Shown: in pieces, positions 1-17,015 of the stretch | How the letters are laid out: every line of letters starts with the position of its first letter | Position numbering within the stretch: position 1 is the stretch's first letter | Source: the human T2T-CHM13v2.0 reference genome, Homo sapiens | Strand: one strand, 5' to 3' | Assembly (NCBI RefSeq): GCF_009914755.1 | Contig: NC_060927.1 | Length of the DNA: 64,000 nt | Notes under the pieces: model-generated | Databases searched by the model: none | Told to the model about the DNA's origin: nothing | Seen by the model: only the letters and a program-made list of their open reading frames with translations | Position numbers and translations under genes: made by a program

Positions 1-574
1 ATGGAGAACCTCTGCTAGGGCAGTGCCAAAAAGAAATGTGGGGTTGCAGCCCCCATGCAGAGTCCCCACTGTCTCAAAAATTAAAATAATAAAAAAAAGA
101 CTTTGGGGGACTGTTGGGAAGGCAAGATTGTGTTTTGAAATGTGAGGACATGCTATTTGGGAGGGGCCAGGAGTAGAATGATATGGTTTTGCTGTGTCAC
201 CACCCAAATCTCATCTTGAATTGTAGTTCCCCCAAATCCCCATGTGTCATGGGAGGGACATTGTGGGAGGTAATTGAATCATGGGGGCATAAGAATCACG
301 GGGGCAGTTACCCCTATACTGCTGTTCTCATGATAGTGAGTGAGTTCTCACAAGATCTAATGGTTTTATAAAGAGATTTTCCCCCTTTTGCTTGGCACTT
401 CTCCTTCCTGCCATCATATGAAGAAGAATGTGTTTACTTCCCCTTCCACCATGATCGTAAGTTTCCTGAGGCTTCTCCAGCCATGTGGAACTGTTAGTTA
501 ATTGAACCTCTTTCCTTTATAAATTACCCAGTCTCAGGCATGTCCTTATGGCAGCGTGAGAATGGGCTAATACA
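1..574 (+). mobile_element. THE1 (MaLR) internal fragments plus 3' LTR (~179-574)
   Basis: Polypurine tract, then TGATATGGTTT..CACCCAAATCTCATCTTGAATTGTAG..., ending CTAATACA. Confidence 0.85.
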
Positions 575-631
575 ACCACAACCCCAGATTCTTCTCTTCA
601 TTTATTCAGGTAATGTCTTCTTTTTGAAAGT

Positions 632-819
632 CAGTAGTTCTCAAAATGTGGTTTCTGAATCTGCAACATTAGCACCACCCAGGAGTGTGTTAGAAATGCA
701 AACTCTCAAGCTCTACCTCAGGTCTTCTGAGTGAGAAGCTCTGAAGGTGAACTGACCAGCACATCTGTGTTTTAGCAACCCCAGGGTTTCTGCTGCATGC
801 TAAAGTTTAAGGACTTCTG
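632..819. mobile_element. MER5A-like hAT-Charlie MITE
   Basis: CAGTAGTTCTCAAA...GTTAGAAATGCAAA...CTAAAGTTTAAGGACTTCTG with degenerate TIRs. Confidence 0.75.
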
Positions 820-2559
820 CACCCAAACACAAGGTTTACAGTCTTCCCCATGTTTGCCTCTGAAGTAATTTTACAAAGACACGTTTCCCCCAAAAAGGAA
901 TCTTTGCACCAGCTACTAAGAGAATAAATATATCCCTATCTTACTCTATTCCAAATCCGTGGTGGTTCCCCCTTCTCTTATAGTAACCAGAAAACCTGCT
1001 AGATAAATTCTAAAAGAGCTGTAACATTTTATTATAATACATTTGCTTCTTGCTTTTCTGACTCTTTCTCTCTGATCAGACACCTTCCTTGTTGCTGACC
1101 ACAGAGGTGGAACCAGGGACCTGACCATCCCCTTGACCACATCCTGTCTGCTGAGTTGCTGAGCCACTCTTGAGTGACCTGGCTGGGTCATGCCTCTGGG
1201 TATCTAATAGACAGGGGATCTAATAGGACAGTTAGGTCTACACACATGTAAGAGCATTCGAGGGTAAGATGTGCATGGACTTGACTAGCAAACATTAAGG
1301 TAGTTGGAAAGTTAATATAAATTAAAGGAACTCCCATTACACCAACAGGTATCAGCTTAAAGTTTTTGCATTACCTCAGATAAGCAGAAGAGACACGGGA
1401 AAGGAAGAAGCATGGCAGCAACCAAAACCCTAACTCCCATGCTGCCCTGGAAGGTCATGAGTAAATCTTCCCAAGAAGCAGGGAATACTATCAGACCAGG
1501 TCATGAATAAATTTTCCCAGGATGTAGGGGATATTCCTTCCACCAGAGACTGCTACTCTTTCTCAAGAATGGAAAGAGACCTGGAACTTCACTGGGCTGA
1601 GAACCTCTTGGAAGCACAACTGATTCTTTATGGGATCTGAATTTGCCTTCCTGCTCCTACCTCTCAATCTCTCTTCCATCCTAGAAGTCTTGATTATCTT
1701 TGGTCATTGCCATCTCTGCTCATCTCTCCTCTTATGCACTCTCAATCCCCTATTTCTCTATTTTTTATTTTCCTCACCCAGTGTTCTACCATTCCACTCT
1801 CTCCTAAACTTTCCTTTCAACTGTGACCTTTGGAAAGGTTTCCCAGGCAAACAAACTCCCCCATACACTTCACCTTTTCACTACAAGTTTATTCTGCCTC
1901 CAGAAAGCTGGCTTTGCCCTGAGGAATCATGTCTCCTGCAGCTCTTTCCAAGAATGCTGCTTTCTTCCACACCCAGATTCTTGAATAACCCAATCTCACC
2001 AGCTGTAGACACAGATGGGACCACATTTTGTGTTTGCTCCTTATTCCTGCAACCAGCAAACCCTCAGACCCCAATGTTTTCCCAGTGATGTGTTGTAGCC
2101 TCAGAAGGTGACTCACATGTACTCTTGGTCTTCTATTCTAGATTCTAAAGAGAGTTCACTGCCTCTGCAAGCCAGTAGAGGCTGGCCCTGATGCTGCCCG
2201 CAGGTGCTTATGGGTCCAGCCATACAGTAGTCTTGGGTACTGCATAGCAGTGAGGATTCTTTCTCCAACCCTGTATCCCTTAGGTTCCAAAGTCCCATAA
2301 GGTCCTTCATTATCCAGTCCCTACAGCTTCTACCAAAACCTCTTGGGGTATTGATTTCTTTCATTTTTCTCTGTCTCTTCCACAAACCCAGGCAACAACA
2401 TCTTTTCCTCTTTTAGCCCAAAAAAGGTAACAGCATCCATGTACATTAAGAATACAAATGGATGCCATGGATTGGAGCTATTTACAGCCACACACAGCCA
2501 GCATCCACAGTGTTATACCCTTAACCTCCCGTCTTCTAGAAAGGACTTAGCCACTTCTA

Positions 2560-3710
2560 TCTTCTAGAAAGGCTCTTAATTTTGGCTTTCAGGACACCAC
2601 CTCCTTTGACCTTTCTCCTTCCTACCTGGCCCATCTTCTCTTTTGGAACTCCTTCCCTGGGCCCTAGCCTACATGTTGATGTTCCTCTCCTGAGCCCCAT
2701 TTTCCTTTTACTCCACACATTTCTCTTGGCCACCATTACTCACTGACCATATGGCTTCAATTACTAGATATGCTGAGATTCCCAGATTCATAACTGTAAC
2801 CCAGACCTCCTCCTCCCCTTCAGAGCCACATATTTACATGCTTACTGGACATCGCTTCTTGGATGTCTTCCAGGTACCTATCATTAGCATGTCCTAACTC
2901 ATAGTCTTTCCCCACAAACTCTTCACCTATGTTCCCTATTTCAGTGAATGGTACCATCACCCTTCTAGTTGTCCCAGACTAGGGGTCTCTTACTTACTTC
3001 TATTTACCTTTCACTACTTACAACCAGTAAGTTACAAAGTCCAGAATCAGGTCTTGACTTCTTGGTTCAGGTCAATATGATTTCCAGTTGGAATTCCTAT
3101 CAAACCAGTCTCCTCACCTAGGGTTTTGCTCCCCTCTATGGCAGTGCTTTGTCATCTGTTTCTCATCACAGCACACAGAAAATGACAACTTTAGTACAGC
3201 ACACTGGGATAACAACTTGAGGCCACTGGAGGAAGCTACCAGTTCTGCCTTCTGCCTCAGAGTCTAAAAGGTTGATTACCTTGGCTCAAAGCCTGCTAGT
3301 AAGCTCTTCTCTGATTTTTTTCACCCTTTTGCAGCCAAAGTGTTCTCTCTAAAGCACAGACATTACCAGGTCCCAGACTCCCACTTTGGCTCTCCACCAG
3401 CTAGACCTTTTAGATCAGACCCCACCTCCCTCTCTAGCCTCCTCACCCCCTTGCCTTCTGCTCACGCCCCCTTCCTCATGTTCCAATCACACCAAAACGA
3501 CTTGCTGTTATTACCCACAGAAGCCTGTGAGCTCTTGTCTCTAGACTTCCTCACCCTCCCACATCACCCTGTACCTACCCTGAGGCTGCACTCAGCATCT
3601 TCTAACAAACATGGAAATCCACCAAAGGCAGGGGCTGTGCCCAGAATTGCACCTGGCACATAGTGAGAATCCAAACACTTTTTGAAGAACGAGTGAATGA
3701 ATGAATCACC
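2560..3710 (+). mobile_element. Degraded L2 fragments
   Basis: Pyrimidine-rich L2-like segments ending in CCTGGCACATAGT...GAATGAATGAAT. Confidence 0.55.
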
Positions 3711-4041
3711 TTTTGTGATAAATCAGTAAGCCAGGAGAGAGAAGCCTGGATCCCTGTTCTGCCACTAACCTGCTAAACCACTGTGGATACCTCTGTCTGG
3801 GCCTCAGTCTTCTCACCCATCAAATGAGAGGATCCATCTCTGAATTCCCCTTCCTGATGCAAAGGCCTGTGCACCCCTGGCTCTTTGGATCATAGAAATT
3901 CTGCAGTTATAAAATTCTTCACTTTTTTAAAAGACATTTGCTAAAAATGTCTGTATAAAAATGTCTGCATCAGCAAAAATAGGGAAGTAACTAAATGTAA
4001 ACAGTATTTTTAAAATAATACTTTAAAAAATTCTACATTTA

Positions 4042-4630
<589 letters not shown>

Positions 4631-5145
4631 AATGTCCTGATCTTCCCAGGCCATAGTCATCAGACAAAAAGCTTTAGTCATCATGAGGAAAATGAGTTAT
4701 ATATTAGTGCTACACTTTATACTGGGTAGTAACGCTAAATGAAAATGATGCTAATAAATGATCCAACTCAAGAAGAAAGAGAAATGTCAATCTTCCCATG
4801 GAAAAGAACCTAAGAAACTCAGTCACTGTTAAGGACCCTTGATCTTGAAATTCTGTTGATGTGTTTAGGATTAAAACCAAGCCTCAAACCAAACTGATTG
4901 CTCCTACTAAGGTTTCTGCCAGGTAGAAATTTTACAGTTGAAAGGCCTTGCTAATAGCTGCTCATCAAAATAATGTTAGCCATCAAATGCTGAACCATTG
5001 AGTTATTGTGTCCAGTGTGGGCAAAGTGAAGCCTATGCTATAGTATTCTTTTTCATGTATATATTTGTTCTTTAGTTTGAGGGAAACTATCATCATAGTA
5101 ACCACATACACACATACATCTAGCCCTTCTCATAATCTAAATCTA

Positions 5146-5769
<624 letters not shown>

Positions 5770-6962
5770 CTAAATCTATAGACTAATGACTGTTTTTATT
5801 TCTGTAGTCCTTTACATTTGTAGGTATATATTTCTTATTGTCATATTTTACCTTCATTCACAGTTGCTTCTTTCTAATGCACCCAATCAATTAGCATTCT
5901 GGCATTGAGATTTGATGGCCTGAGAAATTTTAGAAACTTGTCACTTACTGGGTGTGGTGAGAATGAGGAAGGATAGAGAGAAAAGTAGATGAGAGAGAGG
6001 AGTGAAAGTTAAAATGAGTTCCTGCTTTGGCAGCTTCTCATTTTGCAATGTGTGCCCCTGGAAAGAAAGTGACTTTTCTTTTGGCTTTAGAGCAAGAGAT
6101 ACTAGGGTTATCTCAGTCAATATATGACTGCAGGCACTGCCTTCCAAAGGTAGCTTCCCACAGGAGGATGGACCCAGAGCTCTGTTTTCTGGGAAGTGGG
6201 ATGATCAGTCTTCTGGGTTTCAAGAGTTAAAAATGAAAAGCCGAGCAACCCAAGAGGGACAGGGACAGTTTTGGTCCTCCGGGAGTGAATGCCAGAACCA
6301 ATCATGACACAGAGGTCCCAAGGTAAGGAGTGACCTGCCAGGGACTCACAGAGATGAAGCCCCTGGGCTGGCCCCCTGGGAGTTAACCCCAAGTGAGAGC
6401 CTTCCTTCGCTTAGTCTAGCACTAAGGCTGGGAGTATCCAGCCTCGAAGCTTCATTTCAGTCTGATGCCTCACCTGGGTCTGTGGAGCGTTATCTCCCAG
6501 CGGACAACAGTAACTGCGGGTGGTCATGGAGGCCCAGCCTTGAAAAATGACCCTGAATGCCAGTGAGACACAGAGGCAGCAGTGGCTGTCTGGACTGATT
6601 AGACATGATTGCTTTTCTGGCTTGAGGTAGCAGTCAGCTGACCACATCCTTTTAAGTAGGGCAGGCCCTGAGGTTTTTGGAAAATTGGGAGGGGAAGACA
6701 TAGATTTTTAAATTCCTTTGGTTTGTGTGAAAGTCCATCTTCAGGTATTTGGAGAGTTCTTTTAAGGTCTCAGGTTCTTCTTGCTGTCACACAGCAAACA
6801 ACCTATTTGAACAGTCACTATTCTGTGGCAAACCTTGGTGCAGAGTTGGAGGTGAAGGTGTTATTGGAGATGAAGCAGTCTTAGTTTTTGCATTTTATCA
6901 CAGGTAAATACAATTCTCTGTTTGTTGATCTTTTACAGGACAAGAAAACTGATGAGAGTTTA

Positions 6963-7262
6963 GGGATAAAGATGGCAGATAGGAGGCAGGACTAGCTTGC
7001 AGCTCCTGCTCAGATGGATAAAGCAGCATGTGGAGACTCATATCATGAACTTTTGCTGCAAGAACTACCGCAGGAACATAACAGGAAAGCTGAGAGAATC
7101 CACAGACCCTTTGAAGAAACTGGATTACTGCTGCAGGCTCCTTGAGACGCTGAAAAACTGAGTCAGCTTGCTTTCTCAACAGAGAGGCTCGTGGTCTGGG
7201 GCAAGTTCTCAGCCCTGGTCACCGGCTGCCTGGAAATAGACTCAGTGCTGTTGTGGGGCACG
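6963..7262 (+). mobile_element. Isolated 5' UTR fragment of an old primate L1 (L1PB-like)
   Basis: AAGATGGC (YY1 core) near the start, then AGGAGGCAGGACTAGCTTGCAGCTCC...GAGAATCCACAGACCCTTTGAAG, recognised as an L1PB-type 5' end. Confidence 0.6.
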
Positions 7263-7282
7263 ATTCTTTTTATTTATATTGA

Positions 7283-7663
<381 letters not shown>

Positions 7664-7734
7664 TGAAAAATCCATAAGGGATGAAAAAATTATCTGTGAA
7701 AACAATTTAAAAAGTTGAACTATCTAGTGACCCA

Positions 7735-8529
<795 letters not shown>

Positions 8530-9184
8530 CTATATGGCAGTATTTTTCAGCAACTCTATATGCAGAATGATTTTCTTCCTCACCCAATTTCCCCAAACAT
8601 TAAGGCCTCTGCTGTTCAAAAGGGGGCAGGCAGCTTTAAGAAGGGAAGTCAAATGGCAAATAAATAGAAGCGAAGTTTAGCAATAATATTTGAGACATAA
8701 AGAAGACAGAACTTGCTAGGAGGGATTTTGTGAGATGACTAACCATGGTCATTGTTGGTAGCCGTCTGTACATTTTTCTTTTCTCCTTTTTCTCTTCTAA
8801 ATCTCCTTCTCTTCTTTTTCCTTTGCCTCTTTATGTTCCAGAAAATATGCTTAGCACTCTGCAGGTATTTACTACCTCATTTAATCCTCCCATGGCACAG
8901 AACGCATGTATTTTCCTCAGATAGAGAAACTGAGGCTCAGACGGATTAAGTTGTTGTTCTCATCTAACAAATTAGCTAGGATAAATAATATATGGAGGTA
9001 GGATTCAAACTCAGGCCTGCTGAAGACAGAGGCCCATGTTCTTTCCACCACACTGAGGTCTAAGAAGGGAACCAGAGTTTAAGTGTCTGCAAGTACAGAG
9101 ATTTGGTGGACAATCCATACTTTATTTGAGGATCTCCCACCGCCTCCTCCCCACTTTTTTCCTACTACTTATAACACTCTATAA

Positions 9185-9531
<347 letters not shown>

Positions 9532-9973
9532 CAACCCACTGTTCACTTAATTTCTCCGTGTGCTGCTGGTATTCAAGGCTGAAGTCTGAGGCTGATGTGA
9601 ACGTAAATGGAGGTTGGGCTCTCTCACCTTGGGCAATGCTCCCAGTGATGTTCCCCTGGCTGGCTGGCTTTCCTCTGACTCCTGGTGGCAGGCCCCTGAG
9701 TCTCTGCAATATCTTCTCTCTCCAGTCTTTGAGACTTGGTCTCCGCTCAGCCTCTGAGTGCGGGTGAGTCACCTTGCTCTACCTCACTGAGTCTCAGGGT
9801 AGATGTGCTGCTACTAATTCAGTGTTGGCAATGCTGGGGAGCTGTGGGTGTGTCAGGGAAGCGAAATATGAAGACCTCCTTCTGTTGAACCATGTCACTA
9901 CATTGATATGGCAGCTCTCCTGTTGTGTAGGGCAGCCTGAGAGATGGTGCTTTCCAGGAGCCTGAAGAAAGTT

Positions 9974-10101
9974 GTGCCTATTCCCCCTTCCTATTTCTTT
10001 TCTGTTTCTACTTGAAAGATTTAGGGGAGCTGAGGTGGGTGCCTATTCCCCCTTCCTATTTCTTTTCTGTTTCTACTTGAAAGATTTAGGGGAGCTGAGG
10101 T
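9974..10101. repeat. 63-bp direct duplication, period 65
   Basis: GTGCCTATTCCCC...GAAAGATTTAGGGGAGCTGAGGT at 9974-10036 and 10039-10101. Confidence 0.95.
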
Positions 10102-10322
10102 CAGGAGTTCAAGATCAGCCTGGCCAACATGGCAAAACCCTGTCTCTACTAAAACTACAAAAATTAGCTGGGCATGGTGGCAGGCACCCGTAGTTCCAGC
10201 TACTCAGGAGGCTGAGGCAGGAGCTTCGCAGGAACCCGGGAGGCAGGGGTTGCAGTGAGCCGAGACTGCACCAATGCATTCCAGCCTGGGTGACAGAGTG
10301 AGACTCCATCTAAAAAAAAAAA
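10094..10322 (+). mobile_element. 5'-truncated AluS
   Basis: Starts at GCTGAGGTCAGGAG; TSD GAAAGATTTAGGGGA. Confidence 0.9.
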
Positions 10323-11057
10323 TAGAAAGATTTAGGGGAAAGCAGGAAAAATAAAGATCATTTAGAGAAGCCAAGCCAAGAGACTCTATCTTTCCCTAAA
10401 CATCCTTTAGGCAAACTGCAAGGGAAGAATGTTTAGGAGCCTTAATAACCATCTTCAAAATCAAACCCAAGACACCGCAGGCCTTGATAGAACGATCTAA
10501 ATAGTAACCGGAAAATAAGAGCTGCAGTTGCAATGAAAGGTCTACGGGAATAAGTTGGAACATGAGAGAGGTGAGCAGGTCCTGAGGTGGCGCTACCCTT
10601 CACATTATCCGCTTGACATTTATGGCAAATTCAGAACAGCAGGAAGGAAGGACTGCAACTGCCAGTAAACAATGACCCTATGCAGACCTTGAGCTCTTCC
10701 TCTCACCCTTGCACACTCTTTGGCCTGGACTTACAGTTGCAGCTGTAATGCCCAATGATAAATTCATCTGTAGTCCTTTGTTACAATCAGCTGTAATATA
10801 AGATCCATGAGAGGAGGAACTTTGTCTTATTTTATTTACTACTAAATACTCTTAGGGCCTAGGGCCTAGCACAGCACTCAGTAAATAGAAGCCTCAAGAA
10901 ATATTTGTGGCCTGATTAACTGATTATTTTATAAATTGTGTACTATGTTGAAACTTTTTTATCAGCATGTTCTGTGTTGAAGGCAATAATTCTATAGTGT
11001 ATTAGCTTACTTAATTTTTTTCCATGTAATAGTTATCATTATTATTATTTTATCAAA

Positions 11058-11330
11058 GGGCCTTGTTCTGTCACCTGGGCTGGAGTGCAGTGGCACGATG
11101 ATGGCTGACTTCAGCCTCACCTTCCTGGGCTGAAGTGATCCTCCTGCCTTAGCCTCTGGAGTAGCTGGGACTACAGGTGTGTGCCACCATGCCTGGCCAA
11201 TTTTTTTTCCTTAATTTTTATTAGAGATGAGGACTGGCTTATGTTGCCTAGGCTGGTCTTGGACTCCTGGGTTCAAACAATCCTCCCACCAAAGTGCTGG
11301 GATTGCAGGTGACAGCCACTGCACCTGGCC
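11058..11330 (-). mobile_element. AluJ
   Basis: Diverged reverse Alu. Confidence 0.88.
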
Positions 11331-11481
11331 ATACATTTTGAGCTATACAGTAGATATATAACAATTTTTTTATTACAATGCTAGTTCCATTAAAAAATGC
11401 TTTTACTGGATTTTTTTATTTTTTGTTTTGCATAACCAAAAAACATAATCCCACAATTATGGCAAAAACATATATGGTCAT

Positions 11482-11892
11482 TGCTATAGTTTGGATATTT
11501 GACCCTCCAAACCTCATGTTGAAATCTGATCTTTAATGTAACAGGAGGCATCTGGGTTGTGGGGGTGGATCCCTCCTAGATGGTTTGGTGCCTCCTCGCA
11601 GTAATGAGTGAGTCTTGCTCTATTAGTTCCTGCAGGAGTTTCCCTGAGAGCTGATTGTTAAAAGAGCCTGGCAACTGTTCCACCTCTCTCTTCCTTCCTC
11701 TCCTGCCATATGATCTCGGTGTGGCCAGCTCCCCTTCACCTTCCACTGAGGGAAGCAGGCTGAAGCTTTACCAGAAGCAGATGCTGGCGCCATGCTCTTG
11801 TACAGTGTGCAAAACCGTGAGCCAAATAAACCTCTTTTCTTATAAATTACTCAGCCTCAGGTATTCCTTTATAGTAATGCAAACTAACTAGA
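11482..11892 (+). mobile_element. MST-family MaLR solo LTR
   Basis: TGCTATAGTTTGGATATTTG..CAAACCTCATGTTGAAAT...AATAAACCTCTTTTCTTATAAATTAC. Confidence 0.8.
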
Positions 11893-12979
11893 TGGTCACA
11901 TTGCAAATATCCAATAAGGCTTTAATTTGAGAACAAAGTTACTAATCTTGGTTTAGTCTGCTATTACATTATTTTGATGCCATTCAATTTATCAAGTATT
12001 CATAAAGTATCAATTGTGATAATGAAATATTTGACATTTATAAGATATGAACCCAGTCCTCTCTTCCTGGGATGCCAGAAAGCTGCCCATATCCTTAGGA
12101 AATTGCTAAGTAACAATACAGTGAATATATGACTAATATGCTCAAATGAGTGATATTAATGGTGAATGCTCTGGGAACATGAAAGACAAGGGTGAGGTCA
12201 TATGAACTGTAAGAGACAAGGGAGGCTTCAGGGAGAAGTGGAGATAGCCCTGCCCGGACCCCCTTCTTAGAAGGCCCCGCTCTGACCCTTCTCTGGCCAC
12301 AGTCCAACAGAGTGAGGAGTCCGTCAGGAAATGCCTACCAGGGCCTGCACTCACCCCCTCTCTTCTAGACCACACTCTGTGTACTAGGACCCCCAGAATT
12401 CTGGCCAAACACCCTGAGTCCACTTCTAATGCCTGTATAAGGCCTCTTATGCTGGCATCCACAGCAGGCAAAGGAATGAGTAAAAGGTAGAAAAGAAACT
12501 AGGTGGGCCACGGGCCTGAGGCAGAGGGCCAAGGGCTGGCTCTTCCTGCCCCACTACATTTAGGCACAGAACAATAATTCAAAATTAGAACTCCCCCTTC
12601 CAGGTTATTTATGAAGTATATTTGTCAAGGTAGGAAGATAGCACACATCTTCTCTTTCAAGTTTTTAGGTTAATTTGTATGATTAAAATATTTAGATATA
12701 AGTAACATTGACCCATATTTGTACTTTTGCCCGATCCCCAACAAATGTTATAAACAGGCCTGATCAGAAAGAATGAGGAAAGGGAAGGACTGGTATGGAA
12801 TGAGAACAGAATAGCTAGTAGAAATGCTATGGACTCCATTCAGGTGTGAAAAGTGAACCTCTCACAGTGCTTGGGATGATGGATAGTAGAAGAAATATTC
12901 TTTTTGATGAATAAGAAAAGAAAAGCCCTTACCTGAACTTGTGCATGATTTTGCGAGCTACTAGCTTTCTTTTCAATAA

Positions 12980-13322
<343 letters not shown>

Positions 13323-14190
13323 CAAAGTCCATTTCTGAATTGCAATTAAGACAGATATCACAAGCACACAAGAGAGCCCAGGTATAATAGAAGTGTTCTA
13401 TAATAACAAACTAAAAAACAAATAAAACTGAGACCAAGCAAAATGTCCAACAGGAGAATAAGAGGTAATTCAGATAATGGTCATTTCAGATAATGAAATA
13501 CTATGTAGCCTTAAAAACCATGTTGAAAAAGACCATTTTTGTGACTTGGGAAATTATTCACAATATTAGTAAAAAGAACTGTATACAAAATCATACATAG
13601 TATAAATAATGTCGTTTGTTTTTAAAAATGCACCATATGCATATTGAAAGGCTGAAAATAAATATACTATAATGGTAACAGTAATTGTTTGGTGGATTAT
13701 AGACTTTTTTATTACTCTGTATTTCCAAATTATATACAATGAATATATATTACTGTTGTCATCAGAAGACCAACAACTGTAATAAACACAAACACACACA
13801 TCTGAGGGACAAAGATCTGAGTGAAGAGAAGAGCAGAACTAAGAGTTATCTCCAGAGGATTCCAGTCCAGTATGGTGATGGAACATTTGTGTTTTCTCTA
13901 TTCTCTCAGGAGAACCTGATGAAATAAATATAACTACATAGAAGAGCAAAAAGGCATAAACGCTTACTTACCAGTGAAGGCTGAACCATTAGATGAGAGG
14001 TATCAAATGACTTCAGGAAGATGAGAAGATCGGAGCATGTGGATGGGTTAATCAGAGTGGAGGAAGCCCATAACACAAGTCTAAGTAAGGAAGAGGCTAA
14101 AGTAGAGGTGAGAGCTTAGCTTAGTGATGGAAAGCTGAAGAGGCTCTAGGCCAGGGGTGGGCGCTATGCAGAGACAAGAAAGGGGTCTCG

Positions 14191-14517
<327 letters not shown>

Positions 14518-15184
14518 TTAACATCTGGCCTCTTTAACTCCCCTCCCTTCTCATATGTGCATTACTGTAAAAACAATCCATATTTAATCCTGAGGGCAAA
14601 AAAGCGAAAGGAAAAAGAAACAAGTGGGCTCTTACCAAAAGAAAATGGTCTGGTTAGGGGGAACTGAGGCTTCCTCCCTCTTTTATTCTGACATTTGAGG
14701 CTTCCAGTCTGATGCTCAGCGTCAGGTCCACACACTTTAAAGCAAAGTCTGCAGTTAACATGCACTGGCCAAGCATGCAGAATTCTCTGTTTTCTCAGTC
14801 TAAGGGGAAGTTTCTTGGGTAAAGAAACTGACGATCCAGCAACAGAGAAAGCTCGCACTAGCTACCTGGAATAATCAATCTGGTCCTCCTCCCAAAGTGC
14901 TGGGATTACAGGTGTGAGACACCGTGTCTGGCCAAAAATGCTTTTGTATTATCTTTTTCTTACCATGGTCCTGTAGTGCTTTAATTAAAGCAAAGCCAAA
15001 ATAAAATATACTGTGATTACAAAACTACAGAAATAAAACATATTTACATGACTCCTAAAATATACTATCTTATATGAAAATACATTTTACCTATTTTCAG
15101 TTAGATCCTTGAAAATTACAGGCCCAATACAAAAATTTGTCTTGAGGCAAATTTCAAAATACTCTTCTTTTATAAAGACTTTAA

Positions 15185-15205
15185 CACTGCCACCTTGTGG
15201 CAGCA
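15185..15205 (-). promoter_or_regulatory. Predicted CTCF binding site
   Basis: Minus strand GCTGCCACAAGGTGGCAGTG matches the CTCF core CCACNAGGTGGCAG; isolated GC-rich motif in AT-rich DNA. Confidence 0.65.
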
Positions 15206-15582
15206 AAAAGCACTCTTATTTATGTAAAAAGTTATGTGTTTTATTTTTATTATTCATGTGGTTCAAAATTCAGTTTTTAAAACATCATGTGATAAAAGTC
15301 TCCGTCCAACCCCGTCCTCTCCATAGAGAATACAATGTTTATAATTTATGTGTATATTCTTCCAGAGATGTTTTAAGAACATTCAAACAAAAATATATTT
15401 TTAATACAAATGCTAACATACTACATTGCTATATATTTTGCTTTTTCAATCTTTTAATAGTATTTTGGAGATTTTTCTGTATCAAGACATAAAAAGTCTT
15501 ATTTTAAAAATAGGTGTAAAATTGTTCACTATATTGATGTTGGTTGATTTAACCAGCACATTATTGATGGTTAGTTCCAGTC

Positions 15583-15861
15583 TTTTTTTTTTTTTTGAGA
15601 CAGAGTTTCGCTCTGTTGCCCAGGCTGGAGTGCAGTGGCATGATCTTGGCTCACTGGTTCAAGCTATTCTTGTGCCTCAGCCTCCCCAGTAGCTGGGATT
15701 ACAGGCACACACCACCACGCCTGGCTAATTTTTGTGTTTTTAGTAGAGACAGGGTTTCGCCATGTTGGCCAGGCTTATCTTGAGCTCTTGGCCTCAAGTA
15801 ATCCAACCACCTTGGCCCCACAAAGTGCTGAGATTACAGGTGTGAGCCACTGTGCCCAGCC
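15583..15861 (-). mobile_element. AluS
   Basis: Reverse Alu with a small internal deletion. Confidence 0.9.
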
Positions 15862-16173
15862 AGTCTAATCTTTTTATTTTCCAAATGATGCTGCAATAAA
15901 TAAATTTGTATGTCATTTCACACATTTTAGGAAAAGTACATGTATTTATAATTTTGATAGATTTTATCAAATTTACCTCTCCTGAGTTTGTACCAATTTG
16001 CACTCCAAACAGGAAGATATGAGGGTACTGTTGTCTTATACCAATGACATTTTGTTATCCAGACTCTTGAGCTTTAGCAATTTCATTAGAACAAAAATGG
16101 TTTCTTGCAGTTTTAATGTAAATTTCATTTACTATAGGGGAGGCTGAGTAAATTTTCATATGTTGTAAGACCC

Positions 16174-16650
16174 TATATTAGTTTGCTAGGGCTGCTGAAG
16201 CAAAGTACCACAAACTGGTATTACTTTAAATAACAGAAATACATTGTCACATTCTGGAGGCTAAAAGTCTGAGACTGAGGTATCTTGCAGGTTTGTTCCA
16301 AGTGGTGTGAGGAAGGATCTGTTCCATGTCTCTGCCCTATCTTCCAATAGGTTGCTGGTAGTTCCTGGCATTCTTTGGCTTGTAGAAGCGTCACTCTGAT
16401 TACTGCCTTCATCTTCATGTGGCCTTCTCCCTGTGTGTTTGTGTCCAGATTTTCCTTTAATATTTATTTTTACACCTTTCTTTAAGGAGACCAGTCAAAT
16501 TGGATTAGGGCCCTCCCTACTGACTTCATTTTAACTAGATTCATTTAACTAGATTAAGACTCTATTTCCAAATAAGGTCACATTCTGAGGTACTGGGGGC
16601 TAGGATTTAGACATATGAATCTTAGGGGGAATACAATTCAACCCATAACA
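16174..16650 (-). mobile_element. MLT1 (B/C-like) MaLR LTR
   Basis: TATTAGTTTGCTAGGGCTGC..AAAGTACCACAAACTGG...CACATTCTGAGGTACTGGGG...ACAATTCAACCCATAACA. Confidence 0.8.
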
Positions 16651-16670
16651 GAGCCAATTATATTTTCTTA

Positions 16671-17015
<345 letters not shown>

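Noticed and set aside
1630-3663. ORFs of 152 aa (1630-2088) and 107 aa (3340-3663)
   Set aside because: Leu/Pro/Ser-rich products of pyrimidine-biased, probably L2-derived DNA, with no recognisable domain or exon structure.
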